From Candidatus Latescibacterota bacterium (GTDB taxonomy: Bacteria > Latescibacterota > UBA2968 > UBA8231), in contig OZ242318.1 of the NCBI GenBank assembly GCA_965208105.1, forward strand, positions 3,008,001 to 3,072,000: a DNA stretch of 64,000 bases, in the 5' to 3' direction. Positions 17,569-29,379 of this stretch are shown one piece after another. Positions within the stretch are counted from its first letter, which is position 1, and every line of letters begins with the position of its first letter. The notes beneath the pieces are model-generated. The model saw only the letters and a program-made list of their open reading frames with translations. It did not search any database and was not told the origin of the DNA. Position numbers and translations under genes: made by a program.

Positions 17569-20391
17569 ATGAAACGCCGACCGAGTCGTTTGCGGATACT
17601 GACATCTGTAATTATTGCCGTAGCAGGTGTCGGTTTCCTTGCTTCGTACTACACGGACTGGCTCTGGTTCCAGAGTCTGGATCTTCAGCCGGTGTTCTGG
17701 CGCACGGTGCGAGCGCGATTTTTTGCAGCTCTCCTTTTCGGTATCCCGGCAGCATTGCTGGTTGGTATCAATTTGTGGATAGCCGAGCGTTTCTCCATGC
17801 GCCTCTGGCAGACCGGGAATTCTCCCTGGAAAGAAAGTGAGGTCTCGATGGAGACCTTGCGGCACCTGCGCACGGGTTACCGGGTGGTGGGGGCCGTTAT
17901 TGTGCTGATCCTTGGCACAATTGGATCCTGGAAGTGGCCGCTGCTGCTGCGCTATACACACAGTCAGCCCTTTGGGATCGAGGATCCGATTTTTTCCCGG
18001 GATGTTGGGTTCTATGTTTTTTCTCTTCCCCTGTACCGTTTTGGGGCGAGTTTCCTGTTGGGAGGGCTGATCCTGACCGGGCTGCTTTTATTCCTGAGAT
18101 ACCTGGCAAGTGGTGGCATCAGGTTCCAGGAGCGCATGGAAATGTCCCCCTGGCCGCGGGCCCATCTATCCGCGCTGGGGGGTTTGTTCTTGCTGGTAAT
18201 TGCCTGGATTTACCGACTAAAGATTTACGGATTGTTGTATTCGGAGGGGTCCGTCGCCTTTGGTGCCGGCTTTGTGGATGTCAATGTGCAGGTCTGGGTC
18301 TACTGGCTGCTGGTGCTTCTGTTTTTAGGGGCTGCTGGTTTGTTCTTTGTCAACCTACGGGAAAGGGGCACAAGGCTGCCGCTCATGGGCGGAGCACTGC
18401 TGCTGGGCGGCATGGTTGTGCTGGGATGGGTCCCGGCTGCGCTGGTGCAAAAGCTGTTTGTTCAGCCAAGCGAGCTTGCACGGGAGGCGCCCTATATCCG
18501 GTACAATATCGACGCTACCCGGCGGGCATATGGGCTGGACCGGATCGATGAACAACCCTTCGCAGGCGCGGAGGACCTGAGTTGGAAGGACATCGAGGCC
18601 AATCCCCTGACCATCCGCAACGTCCGGATCTGGGATGAACGTCCACTTATCCAGACCTACCAGCAAGTCCAGGAGATCCGACCGTATTACGTTTTTTCCG
18701 GTGTGGATGTCGACCGCTATACCGTAGACGGAGTATACCGTCAGGTAATGCTTTCGGCGCGTGAGATGGTCACGGAGCGGCTGCCCTCACAAGCGCGCAA
18801 CTGGGTCAACGAGAGGCTTCAGTACACCCACGGTTACGGAATTGCCATGAGCCCGGTTGACCAGGTGACACCGGAAGGGCTGCCGGCTTTGATGGTGAAG
18901 GATATCCCGCCGATATGGGAGCCCGGTTTGGAGATCGACCGTCCGGAAATTTATTACGGGGAGCAAACACATGACTACGTGGTGGTCAAAACCACCACCC
19001 AGGAGTTCGATTATCCAAAAGGAGAGGAGAACAAGTTCGTTACCTATCAGGGAGAGGGCGGGGTGATTTTTGGCGGACTTTTCAAGCGGCTGGCCTTTGC
19101 CGTTCGATTTAAAGACCTGAATCTTATCCTGAGCAACTATATCACTGGTGAGAGCCGGATAATGTTCCGGCGCCAGGTGGGCGACCGCATCAGGGCGATC
19201 GCCCCGTTTCTCCAATACGATTCCGATCCCTACCTGGTGGTTTCAGAAGGAAGGTTATACTGGGTTCTCGATGCCTATACAACCACCGATATGTATCCTT
19301 ATTCTGCCCGGGAAGGAAGAGGCCGAATCAACTACATCCGCAACTCGGTAAAGGCGGTGGTCGACTCCTATAATGGCTCCGTGCATTTCTACCGCGTGGA
19401 CACGAGCGATCCGATCATCGCGGTCTATGCTGATATTTTTCCCGGCCTGTTCCGTCCGTTGGAGGAGATGCCTGAAGACCTGAGATCCCACCTGCGCTAT
19501 CCCAAGGACCTTTTCAAGTTTCAGGCCATGCTCTACCGCAGCTACCACATGCAGGATGTCCAGCTCTTTTACAACCAGGAGGACCTCTGGGAGATTCCCA
19601 ACGAGATATACAGCGGCCAGGCGCAGATGATCGAGCCCTACTACATTATCGTCAAACTGCCGCGGGAAGAACGGGAAGAATTTTTGCTCATGGTTCCATT
19701 TACTCCCGCCCGGAAGGACAATATGATAGGCTGGTTGGCTGCCCGATGCGATGGGGATAACTATGGAGATTTACTGGTCTACAGGTTGCCCAAGGACCGG
19801 TTGATTTTCGGTCCGATGCAGCTCGAAGCCCGCATCGACCAGCAACCCGAGATTTCCAGCCAACTCACCCTGTGGGGCCAAAGAGGGTCGGAGGTGATCA
19901 GAGGGAATCTCCTGGTCATTCCCATAGAGCACTCGTTCCTGTGCGTGGAGCCGATTTACTTGCAGGCCAGGCAGCAACCGGAGGAGCCGGAGTATCAGGG
20001 AATGGAAGTTGAGAGTCCGCTCGAACAGCTGCGGCGTCCTCCCGTGCGCTCCGTGCGCAATACCGCCATTCCCGAACTGAAGCAGGTAATTGTAGCACTG
20101 GGGGGACAGGTAATCATGCGGGGCAGCTTTGAGGAGGCGCTTTCCGCTCTGTTCGCAAGAGATGCCCTGGCACCTGACATTCTGGGCGAAATGGTTACAG
20201 GATCGGCGTCTGCCTCCTACTCGGGGAGTTCCTCCCTGACTGTGGCGGAGATGGCCGCAGCGGTGGAGGACCATTTCCGGCGCGCCAGATCTTCCCTGCA
20301 AAGATGGGATTGGGCAGAGGCGGGAGAAGAGATGGAAGCGCTCGAAACTACCATCGCGGCTCTTCGAGAGAAGCTGGCGGGAGAACAATGA
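17569..20391 (+). CDS. UPF0182 family membrane protein
   Basis: YTDWLWF, DPIF..DVGFYVF.LP, YTHGYG, NYIRNSVK and VIRGNLLVIP motifs; 940 aa. Confidence 0.9.
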   Translation: MKRRPSRLRILTSVIIAVAGVGFLASYYTDWLWFQSLDLQPVFWRTVRARFFAALLFGIPAALLVGINLWIAERFSMRLWQTGNSPWKESEVSMETLRHLRTGYRVVGAVIVLILGTIGSWKWPLLLRYTHSQPFGIEDPIFSRDVGFYVFSLPLYRFGASFLLGGLILTGLLLFLRYLASGGIRFQERMEMSPWPRAHLSALGGLFLLVIAWIYRLKIYGLLYSEGSVAFGAGFVDVNVQVWVYWLLVLLFLGAAGLFFVNLRERGTRLPLMGGALLLGGMVVLGWVPAALVQKLFVQPSELAREAPYIRYNIDATRRAYGLDRIDEQPFAGAEDLSWKDIEANPLTIRNVRIWDERPLIQTYQQVQEIRPYYVFSGVDVDRYTVDGVYRQVMLSAREMVTERLPSQARNWVNERLQYTHGYGIAMSPVDQVTPEGLPALMVKDIPPIWEPGLEIDRPEIYYGEQTHDYVVVKTTTQEFDYPKGEENKFVTYQGEGGVIFGGLFKRLAFAVRFKDLNLILSNYITGESRIMFRRQVGDRIRAIAPFLQYDSDPYLVVSEGRLYWVLDAYTTTDMYPYSAREGRGRINYIRNSVKAVVDSYNGSVHFYRVDTSDPIIAVYADIFPGLFRPLEEMPEDLRSHLRYPKDLFKFQAMLYRSYHMQDVQLFYNQEDLWEIPNEIYSGQAQMIEPYYIIVKLPREEREEFLLMVPFTPARKDNMIGWLAARCDGDNYGDLLVYRLPKDRLIFGPMQLEARIDQQPEISSQLTLWGQRGSEVIRGNLLVIPIEHSFLCVEPIYLQARQQPEEPEYQGMEVESPLEQLRRPPVRSVRNTAIPELKQVIVALGGQVIMRGSFEEALSALFARDALAPDILGEMVTGSASASYSGSSSLTVAEMAAAVEDHFRRARSSLQRWDWAEAGEEMEALETTIAALREKLAGEQ

Positions 20392-20530
20392 AAAAGGTTG
20401 TCAGCTGCTTTGTTCCAAACACCGGTGCTTCCAGGGGGTGCAGGCAGGAAGGATGGGCAGGCTTTCTCGGCAACCATCCCCCGTTGAAAATCATCGACCC
20501 CTCGGTAGACGGCTCGTGAACGGACGGCCC

Positions 20531-21607
20531 TCAAATGGATATGGCCATTTCATTCCACCGATCGGTTTCCAGTCTCAGGTTCGTCTCGGCGGTTGCGCAA
20601 ATATTCGACCAGGTAGTATCGTCAATTTCAATGCCGTCGACCTTGCGCTTGCGAGCGTTGCGGAATTCAAACTCTCCGGGCAGAAGGATTTCTCCGATAT
20701 CCGGGTCTATGCGGCTGGTGCGGATGTGGCGGACGAGGGTCTCTACATCTTCGTAATAAGACTCCAGGTCTGTGAAGTGTGCGATGTCGTATACGGTCAG
20801 CAAAACACCGTTGCTCTTCATGACATGTTCTCCCGATGCACAACCCTGGCCGCTCAGGCCCCCTCCTAACAACTCGACTACGAAGCTCAGGCAGTAGCCC
20901 TTGTGCCCGGCTACGCCCCCCAGGGGAAGGATGGCGCCGGCCGGATCACCCGTGAATTTCCGGGGATCGGTAGTCGGACTGCCGTTGGAATCGATTACCC
21001 AACCTTCTTTCAGGGGCAAACTCCGATTGCTGGTAATCCTTATCTTGCCTTCGGCCGTGGCAGAGGTGGCCATGTCCACCATGATTGGGTCCGAGTTGCG
21101 CCTCGGGGCGGCAAAGGCAATTGGATTGGTGCTCAGCTTGCCATCGATTCCTCCGTATGGTGCGACCTGTCGACCCAGGCGGCCGGCGTTGACGAATGCC
21201 AGACCAATCATACCCTCGCGCGCAGCCATCAGGGGATAGGCGCCGCAGCGTCCCAGGTGGCAGGAATTCCGCAGGGTAACGGTCCCCATGCCTTGTTCGC
21301 GAGCCTTTCTCATGGCCAGGCGAGTGGCAAAGGCACCTCCAACCTGGCCCATGGCACCGCCACCGTCCACCACGGCGGTGCAGGGCCTTTCCTGCACGAT
21401 TCGCGGGGTTCCCCGGGGATTCCAGGTGCCCTTTTCGAAGCACTGGATATACTCATAGAAGCGGAGCACTCCGTGCGAGTCGTGCCCGAAAAGGCTCGAT
21501 TCCACCAGGTGTTCCACCAACTCTCGGGTATGTTCGGGAGTGCAGCCAGCTGCCTCGAAAATTTCACATCCGATCTCGGTGAGCGCTACTGGTTTGAAGG
21601 TGGGCAT
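20531..21607 (-). CDS. Ldh_2 family (malate/L-lactate/ureidoglycolate-type) oxidoreductase
   Basis: GHDSHG, HLGRCGAY, STNPIAFA, DMATSA, GHKGY and LPGEFE motifs. Confidence 0.88.
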   Translation of the reverse strand: MPTFKPVALTEIGCEIFEAAGCTPEHTRELVEHLVESSLFGHDSHGVLRFYEYIQCFEKGTWNPRGTPRIVQERPCTAVVDGGGAMGQVGGAFATRLAMRKAREQGMGTVTLRNSCHLGRCGAYPLMAAREGMIGLAFVNAGRLGRQVAPYGGIDGKLSTNPIAFAAPRRNSDPIMVDMATSATAEGKIRITSNRSLPLKEGWVIDSNGSPTTDPRKFTGDPAGAILPLGGVAGHKGYCLSFVVELLGGGLSGQGCASGEHVMKSNGVLLTVYDIAHFTDLESYYEDVETLVRHIRTSRIDPDIGEILLPGEFEFRNARKRKVDGIEIDDTTWSNICATAETNLRLETDRWNEMAISI

Positions 21608-21705
21608 GAATCTCTCCTTACTGGTGTTTTATATCAATTTTCGAAAATTCCGGGAAGGTTGGAGTGGCGCATACGGCCCCGATTCCCCGGATTCCAGCAG
21701 TAGTT

Positions 21706-24183
<2,478 letters not shown>

Positions 24184-24202
24184 TTTGAGATTTTCCATGT
24201 TT

Positions 24203-24272
24203 CGGCTTGGGAATGGGTGGAGGGGCCTCTTCGAATCCAAATGGATTACCCTCCTTTAGGTGGCTCAAGCCG
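24203..24272 (+). other. Nested stem-loop structure in the gap-DtxR intergenic region
   Basis: CGGCTTG/CAAGCCG encloses GGAGGG/CCCTCC, which encloses AATCC/GGATT. Confidence 0.35.
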
Positions 24273-24308
24273 GGATGCCGTCAACTACTCACGCTGGTAA
24301 GGTCTCCG

Positions 24309-24770
24309 ATGTTTGAAGACGTCTGGAAAGCTTACGAAGAGAATGAACTGACCCATAGTGCCGCCCATCATTTGATGGCCGTGCACGAGTTGCGCCAGCA
24401 AAACGGTTATGCCCGAGTATCGGACATCGCGCAGCATCTTCAAATCACCAAGGGCAGCGTTTCCTCTGCGATGAAGCACCTAAAAGAGCGCAATTACGTC
24501 CAGGAAGACCACAACAAGTTCCTCGATTTGACAGAGAAAGGAACCAGGGTCGTACAGGAAACCGAAGCCACTCGTTTGGCCGTACAGAAGTTTCTGAGCG
24601 ACGCTTTGGGGATGGACGAGGACGATGCCGAAATCGACGCTTGCAAGGTGGAGCATCTGATCAGTTCCGAGGCTCGCGTGCGCATGGTGCGTTTTCTGAA
24701 CTTTTTGTTTTCCGATGACAAGGTTGCCCGCAATTTCCTCAGCACCCTTGCCAAGGTAGAAGACTATTGA
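24309..24770 (+). CDS. DtxR/MntR-family metal-dependent transcriptional regulator
   Basis: ARVSDIA..L.ITKGSVS HTH, LTEKG and A..DACKVEHLIS motifs. Confidence 0.88.
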   Translation: MFEDVWKAYEENELTHSAAHHLMAVHELRQQNGYARVSDIAQHLQITKGSVSSAMKHLKERNYVQEDHNKFLDLTEKGTRVVQETEATRLAVQKFLSDALGMDEDDAEIDACKVEHLISSEARVRMVRFLNFLFSDDKVARNFLSTLAKVEDY

Positions 24771-24855
24771 GATTCATTTCATCGCCCTGGACGGATAGGT
24801 TCCAGACCAAGCCCTCGACTCCGCCTGGTCTGGATTTTTTTGGTCTTTCCTCCGC

Positions 24856-25827
24856 ATGAGCCGCCTCCTTGGGTTTCTGGCAAAACAATTCCTGCCCGTA
24901 GGTCTCGTCTCTGTCGTCCTGATCGGCCTGACTTTTCCCGGTCCAGGCCGCTATTTCGCTTCCCTCTCAACCCAGTATGTAGCAGTCAGTATCATTTTCA
25001 TTTGCTCCGGGCTGATGCTGCGGACGGAGGAAATTTTTGCCGCCCTTTCTGCCTGGAGAGCGACCTTGTGGGGGAGTCTTTCAATCCTGTTCATCACCCC
25101 GGTCATTGGTGCGCTGCTGGCTTTCCAAACACCCCTTGAACCCAGTTTTCAAATCGGTTTGGCCCTTTTCTTCTGTATGCCCACGACGCTTTCCTCGGGC
25201 ATTGCATTGACACATCAGGCACGGGGCAATGTAGCCCTGGCGGTCCTGCTGACGGCGCTTACCAACCTGGCGGGCATATTCACGGTGCCATTCGTCCTTG
25301 CCCATCTTCTTGGGGCGGTCGGCCACGTGGAACTTTCGGGAGGGGACTTGCTGGTAAAACTCTTTTTTTCAATCCTCCTGCCCCTTGCCGCGGGCAAGTT
25401 CCTGCGCTCTTTGGTGGAGGATTGGGCGAATCGAAATCGATCCCGGCTGACCATGCTCAGCAGCCTGGCACTGCTCTCCATTCCATGGATGAAGATCAGC
25501 GAATCCTCCGAAAGTCTGGGCCAGATAGCCCTTTCCGGCCTGTTGATTCTGGTGGTCTCAGGACTGGTCATCCACGCAATCTATCTGCTGATCAACGATG
25601 GAGCCTGCAGACTGTTTCGATTCGACGCGGGGGTGCGCAAGGCGGTTGTAATTCTTGCAAGCCAAAAAACCCTGCCCGTCGCCATGGCGATCCTGGCCTT
25701 CCTCCCGGAGTCTGCGATATCGCAAGAAACCAAGGGACTGCTCGCCATTCCCTGTATCACCTCTCACCTGGGGCAGATCTTCATGGATGCGGTTATCGCC
25801 ACCCGCTGGGGACGTGGTGCGGATTGA
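24856..25827 (+). CDS. Bile acid:sodium symporter (SBF-like) family transporter
   Basis: IFICSGL.L, MPTTLSSGIALT and SQKTLPVA motifs; about 9-10 TM helices. Confidence 0.85.
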   Translation: MSRLLGFLAKQFLPVGLVSVVLIGLTFPGPGRYFASLSTQYVAVSIIFICSGLMLRTEEIFAALSAWRATLWGSLSILFITPVIGALLAFQTPLEPSFQIGLALFFCMPTTLSSGIALTHQARGNVALAVLLTALTNLAGIFTVPFVLAHLLGAVGHVELSGGDLLVKLFFSILLPLAAGKFLRSLVEDWANRNRSRLTMLSSLALLSIPWMKISESSESLGQIALSGLLILVVSGLVIHAIYLLINDGACRLFRFDAGVRKAVVILASQKTLPVAMAILAFLPESAISQETKGLLAIPCITSHLGQIFMDAVIATRWGRGAD

Positions 25828-25852
25828 GTGCCGAATGCCGGGCAGGCGGTTT

Positions 25853-26635
25853 TTACCCGAAGAAGGCGGTCAGGAGACTTTCCCCCAGGACCAACTGTAC
25901 TCCGGTCAAAAACAACAGGGCGTATACCGTCCTGTCGAACCACAATTTCGTAAAGCGTCGATTTAAAAAAATTCCAAGCCGAACTCCGACATAGCACAGG
26001 GGGGACAGGACGACCGTGGTCGCCAATATGTCCGTCCTGAGCAGGCCCAACCCACAATAGGGCACCAACTTGATTACGTTGAGGCAGGCAAAAAAAATCA
26101 CGGTGGTACCGACGAATTGGTCCCGGGGCAGCTTCTGTGCAAGCAGGAAGATGTTTACCGGTGGGCCGCCTGCATGAGCCAGGGTGGATGTAAAGCCTGA
26201 GAGGGCGCCCATGAACACTCCTTCGGCTGGAGAAGGAGTGCGTTTTTTCAGGGCCTTGAGAAGAAGGGCGTGCATGGCCTGGACCAGGACGAAGGCCAGT
26301 GCCAGGATTCCCATTCCCACCTGGAGTACTCGCTGGTCGTCGTGGAAATGGTCAAAGAAAAAAGCTCCTGTCCCTACGCCAATAAAGGCGCCAGGAAGAA
26401 GCAGCTTGAAATTGCGGCGGTCGAAGCACTGTCTGTAGAACCGAACGGCGAAGACATCGCAGCCCATCAAAATCGGCAACATCAGCCCGGCGGCGGTCGT
26501 CACAGGAACAGTCAGGGCGAGCAAAGGGGTGGCGACCATTCCTACGCCACCGCCGAAGCCTGCTTTGGCAATGCCCGAAAAGACGACGGCGACAACGGCG
26601 CACACCCAGAAGGCCGGGGTGTACTCAGGTAACAT
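25853..26635 (-). CDS. TauE/SafE (sulfite exporter) family membrane protein
   Basis: [10 protein letters not shown] and [13 protein letters not shown] motifs. Confidence 0.85.
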   Translation of the reverse strand: MLPEYTPAFWVCAVVAVVFSGIAKAGFGGGVGMVATPLLALTVPVTTAAGLMLPILMGCDVFAVRFYRQCFDRRNFKLLLPGAFIGVGTGAFFFDHFHDDQRVLQVGMGILALAFVLVQAMHALLLKALKKRTPSPAEGVFMGALSGFTSTLAHAGGPPVNIFLLAQKLPRDQFVGTTVIFFACLNVIKLVPYCGLGLLRTDILATTVVLSPLCYVGVRLGIFLNRRFTKLWFDRTVYALLFLTGVQLVLGESLLTAFFG

Positions 26636-26689
26636 CGCGCCGCTCGCTCAGGGGATTTTGCGCTTGGGGTACGCTCCAGGGGATTGCCC

Positions 26690-27484
26690 TTACTCCCCTT
26701 CTACCTGGGTCACCTCTATATCCAGGTCTTCCCGGTTGGCGATGTGGTCTACCCGCCCGTCTTTCACCCACACTACCCGGTCTGACACACTCAGCATTTT
26801 GTGGTCGTGGGTGGCGGAAATTACGGTAACCCTGGAATTGGTGTTCATCTCCCTGAGCAATTCAATAATCTCGGTGCCGGTGCGCAAATCCAGGTTGCCA
26901 GTTGGCTCGTCGGCTAGAATCACTGCAGGATCATTGGCCAGAGCCCGGGCCACCGCCACGCGCTGCTGCTGTCCGCCGGAAAGCTCGTTCGGCTTGTGGG
27001 AATGGCGGTCGCCCAGGCCCACCTTTTTGAGCAAATCCACTCCTTTGTCGCGCGATTCATCACTGCTCAGGCCGGCGAAGACCATTGGCAAAGTCACGTT
27101 TTCAAGGGCGGTCATCACCGGAATCAGGTTGAAAGACTGGAAAATGTAGCCGATCTTGCGGCAGCGAAGCCAGGCCAGTTCGTAGGCGTCCAGTTGGGCC
27201 ACGTCCACTTCGTCGATGTAGACTTTGCCCTGGGTAGGTTTGTCAAGGCCGCCCACCATGTTGAAGAGGGTGCTTTTGCCCGATCCGGACGGTCCCATGA
27301 TGGACATGTATTCGCCTGAGTAGACCTCCAGGTCCACACCCTGCAATGCGTGGACCTGAATCTGTCCCATCTCGTAGGTTTTTTTAACCTGTTGTGTGCG
27401 CACGACCGTGCGCTTTTCTTCCTTGTCCATCCGGATTTGTTCTTCGCTCATAGTGGCAATATCTCCTGCAACTGGGTTATCCAA
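26690..27484 (-). CDS. ABC transporter ATP-binding protein (MacB/LolD-like)
   Basis: [30 protein letters not shown] and ATHD motifs. Confidence 0.93.
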   Translation of the reverse strand: MDNPVAGDIATMSEEQIRMDKEEKRTVVRTQQVKKTYEMGQIQVHALQGVDLEVYSGEYMSIMGPSGSGKSTLFNMVGGLDKPTQGKVYIDEVDVAQLDAYELAWLRCRKIGYIFQSFNLIPVMTALENVTLPMVFAGLSSDESRDKGVDLLKKVGLGDRHSHKPNELSGGQQQRVAVARALANDPAVILADEPTGNLDLRTGTEIIELLREMNTNSRVTVISATHDHKMLSVSDRVVWVKDGRVDHIANREDLDIEVTQVEGE

Positions 27485-27486
27485 TC

Positions 27487-28182
27487 TCAGGTATCAGAGC
27501 GCATGGCCTCTACCGGCTCCATCTTGGCGGCGCGGTAGGCCGGCAGCATGGCACCGACCAGAGACAGCAGCGTGCCGGCGACCAGCGCCAGAAGAGCCGC
27601 TTTCAGGATCCCGGTACCTGGAAAGTAGGCAAACACGTAAGAACCATAGTCCAGGAGTGCCAGACCGAGTGTCATCGAAAGACCAATGAGGATCCCGATA
27701 GTGGTGCCGGCGACTCCCTGAAAGGTAGATTCGAGCAGAAAGAGTTTGACGATGAAGGAATCCAGGGCCCCCAGGCACTTCATGGTGCCTATTTCCCGGA
27801 AGCGCTCGGTTACGGCCATCAGCATCGCATTGGCAATGCCCACTACGCATACGAGCAAGGAAAGTGCAATCAACCACGCCTGCTTGGACCTTTCTTCCTT
27901 TACCCGGTCCTTGGCCTCGGAGGTTTCTGCCGTGCCGGTCTCGATGCCGTTTTGTTGGAGAAGCAGGTTGATCTCGCTTCTGCCTGCGGTCTTGAGGCCG
28001 TCGACAATCTGGTTGGTACTCTGCACGGACATGAGAAAGGCAATGGCCAGGATCACGCCGCTGGTGGTGATCATCGAGCGGCCAAAACGAATTTTCAAAC
28101 TTCTCAGGCTTATCTCTACAGCCTTGCTCAGCGGGAGGGATATTGTCCTGCCTCCGGCAACTTGTAAGGCTTGCTCGGTCAT
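27487..28182 (-). CDS. Short FtsX-like ABC permease
   Basis: GIANAMLMAVTERFREIGTMKCLGA and PAYRAAKMEPVEAMR motifs; only about 45 aa between TM1 and TM2. Confidence 0.85.
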   Translation of the reverse strand: MTEQALQVAGGRTISLPLSKAVEISLRSLKIRFGRSMITTSGVILAIAFLMSVQSTNQIVDGLKTAGRSEINLLLQQNGIETGTAETSEAKDRVKEERSKQAWLIALSLLVCVVGIANAMLMAVTERFREIGTMKCLGALDSFIVKLFLLESTFQGVAGTTIGILIGLSMTLGLALLDYGSYVFAYFPGTGILKAALLALVAGTLLSLVGAMLPAYRAAKMEPVEAMRSDT

Positions 28183-28422
28183 GGTCTATATCCTCGTGCA
28201 GGTAAGCGGGTAGAAATCAGTCCTAAATTACAACAAAAGGCAGCAGGCGTCTACTTTCGGAATTACCAGCCGCGGCCTCGGGACCTGGCACCAGTTGATT
28301 GGCCTGGCTGGCAGGTCGGCCGACACACCGAATGTGGCCTCCGATTCTGGGTAGAATTGACTCCTCGCTGCTTGTCGATAATATTCCTGACCATGGTTTG
28401 CCTGCCGGGAAAACAGTAACCC

Positions 28423-29331
28423 ATGCCAACTGAATCAGTATCGAATTGCCCTATTTGCAGAGGAGATGAATTCAAGGATGTCGTCTCCTGCAAGGATTAC
28501 ACTTGCAGTCAGCAGTACTTCTTTATACAGAAGTGTGCCAATTGCAATTTACACCTCACCAATCCACGTCCCGACGCAGAATCGATTCAGGAATACTATC
28601 AATCTCCCGACTACATATCCCACACGGGGAACCCGAACAGCATCCTCAATTCGATCTACCTGGGAGTGAGGAGATTTACCCTCCGGTGGAAGCACGGCAT
28701 TATTTCAAGTAGGAAGAAGGAGGGCTCATTGCTTGATTATGGCTGTGGCTCGGGAGAATTCCTGGACTACATGGCCAGGAATGGATGGGAAGTTTTTGGC
28801 GTAGAGCCCTCAAAAGCGGCAAGGGAAAGAGCCGCTCGATTGGCGGGAATGAAAAATTCCGTTGTCCTGGAGGGAATAGAAGACCTTCAGGGTCCAGGAT
28901 TCCCAAAAGTTGATTTAATTACGCTTTGGCACGTCCTGGAACACGTCCCCGACCTGAATAACTTGCTTTCTCAGTTGAAGTTGTGCCTTAATGACAAGGG
29001 GCTGATACTAATTGCCGTTCCCAATTACCAGTCATTCGATTCTAGATATTATAAGGAATACTGGGCTGGTTATGATCTTCCAAGACACTTTTGGCATTTT
29101 TCCCATGCTGCACTAAAGCGCCTATTGTTTAATCACGGGCTTCTGATTCAAGACAAAATACCCATGAAGTTGGACTCGTTTTACGTATCGATACTCAGCG
29201 AGAAATACAGGAGAGAAAAATTCCAGATGCTTGCGCCCATAAAAGCGTTCGCAATAGGCCTGATTTCAAACTACATGGCCAGGAAGAATGCAGCCTATTC
29301 AAGCTGCATATACGTCATATCCACTGCATAG
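28423..29331 (+). CDS. Class I SAM-dependent methyltransferase with an N-terminal CxxC...CxxC motif
   Basis: LLDYGCGSG, ITLWHVLEH and YDLPRHFWHF motifs; AT-rich relative to its flanks. Confidence 0.88.
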   Translation: MPTESVSNCPICRGDEFKDVVSCKDYTCSQQYFFIQKCANCNLHLTNPRPDAESIQEYYQSPDYISHTGNPNSILNSIYLGVRRFTLRWKHGIISSRKKEGSLLDYGCGSGEFLDYMARNGWEVFGVEPSKAARERAARLAGMKNSVVLEGIEDLQGPGFPKVDLITLWHVLEHVPDLNNLLSQLKLCLNDKGLILIAVPNYQSFDSRYYKEYWAGYDLPRHFWHFSHAALKRLLFNHGLLIQDKIPMKLDSFYVSILSEKYRREKFQMLAPIKAFAIGLISNYMARKNAAYSSCIYVISTA

Positions 29332-29379
29332 ATTGGATCGTGCGGGAATAACCCTGTATTTCGCAAGGGACTTGAGGAA

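Noticed and set aside
17366-20391. Genomic island integrated at tRNA-Sec (or tRNA-Gln)
   Set aside because: No integrase, no duplicated tRNA 3' end noticed and no compositional shift downstream.
20388-20519. Small ORF (MKKVVSCFVP...) overlapping the UPF0182 stop
   Set aside because: 43 codons with no recognisable features; cannot be supported without homology or expression data.
24184-24308. Firm call of a yybP-ykoY riboswitch
   Set aside because: Lacks the GGGGAGUA and GAGACC-type conserved segments; kept only as an unassigned structure.
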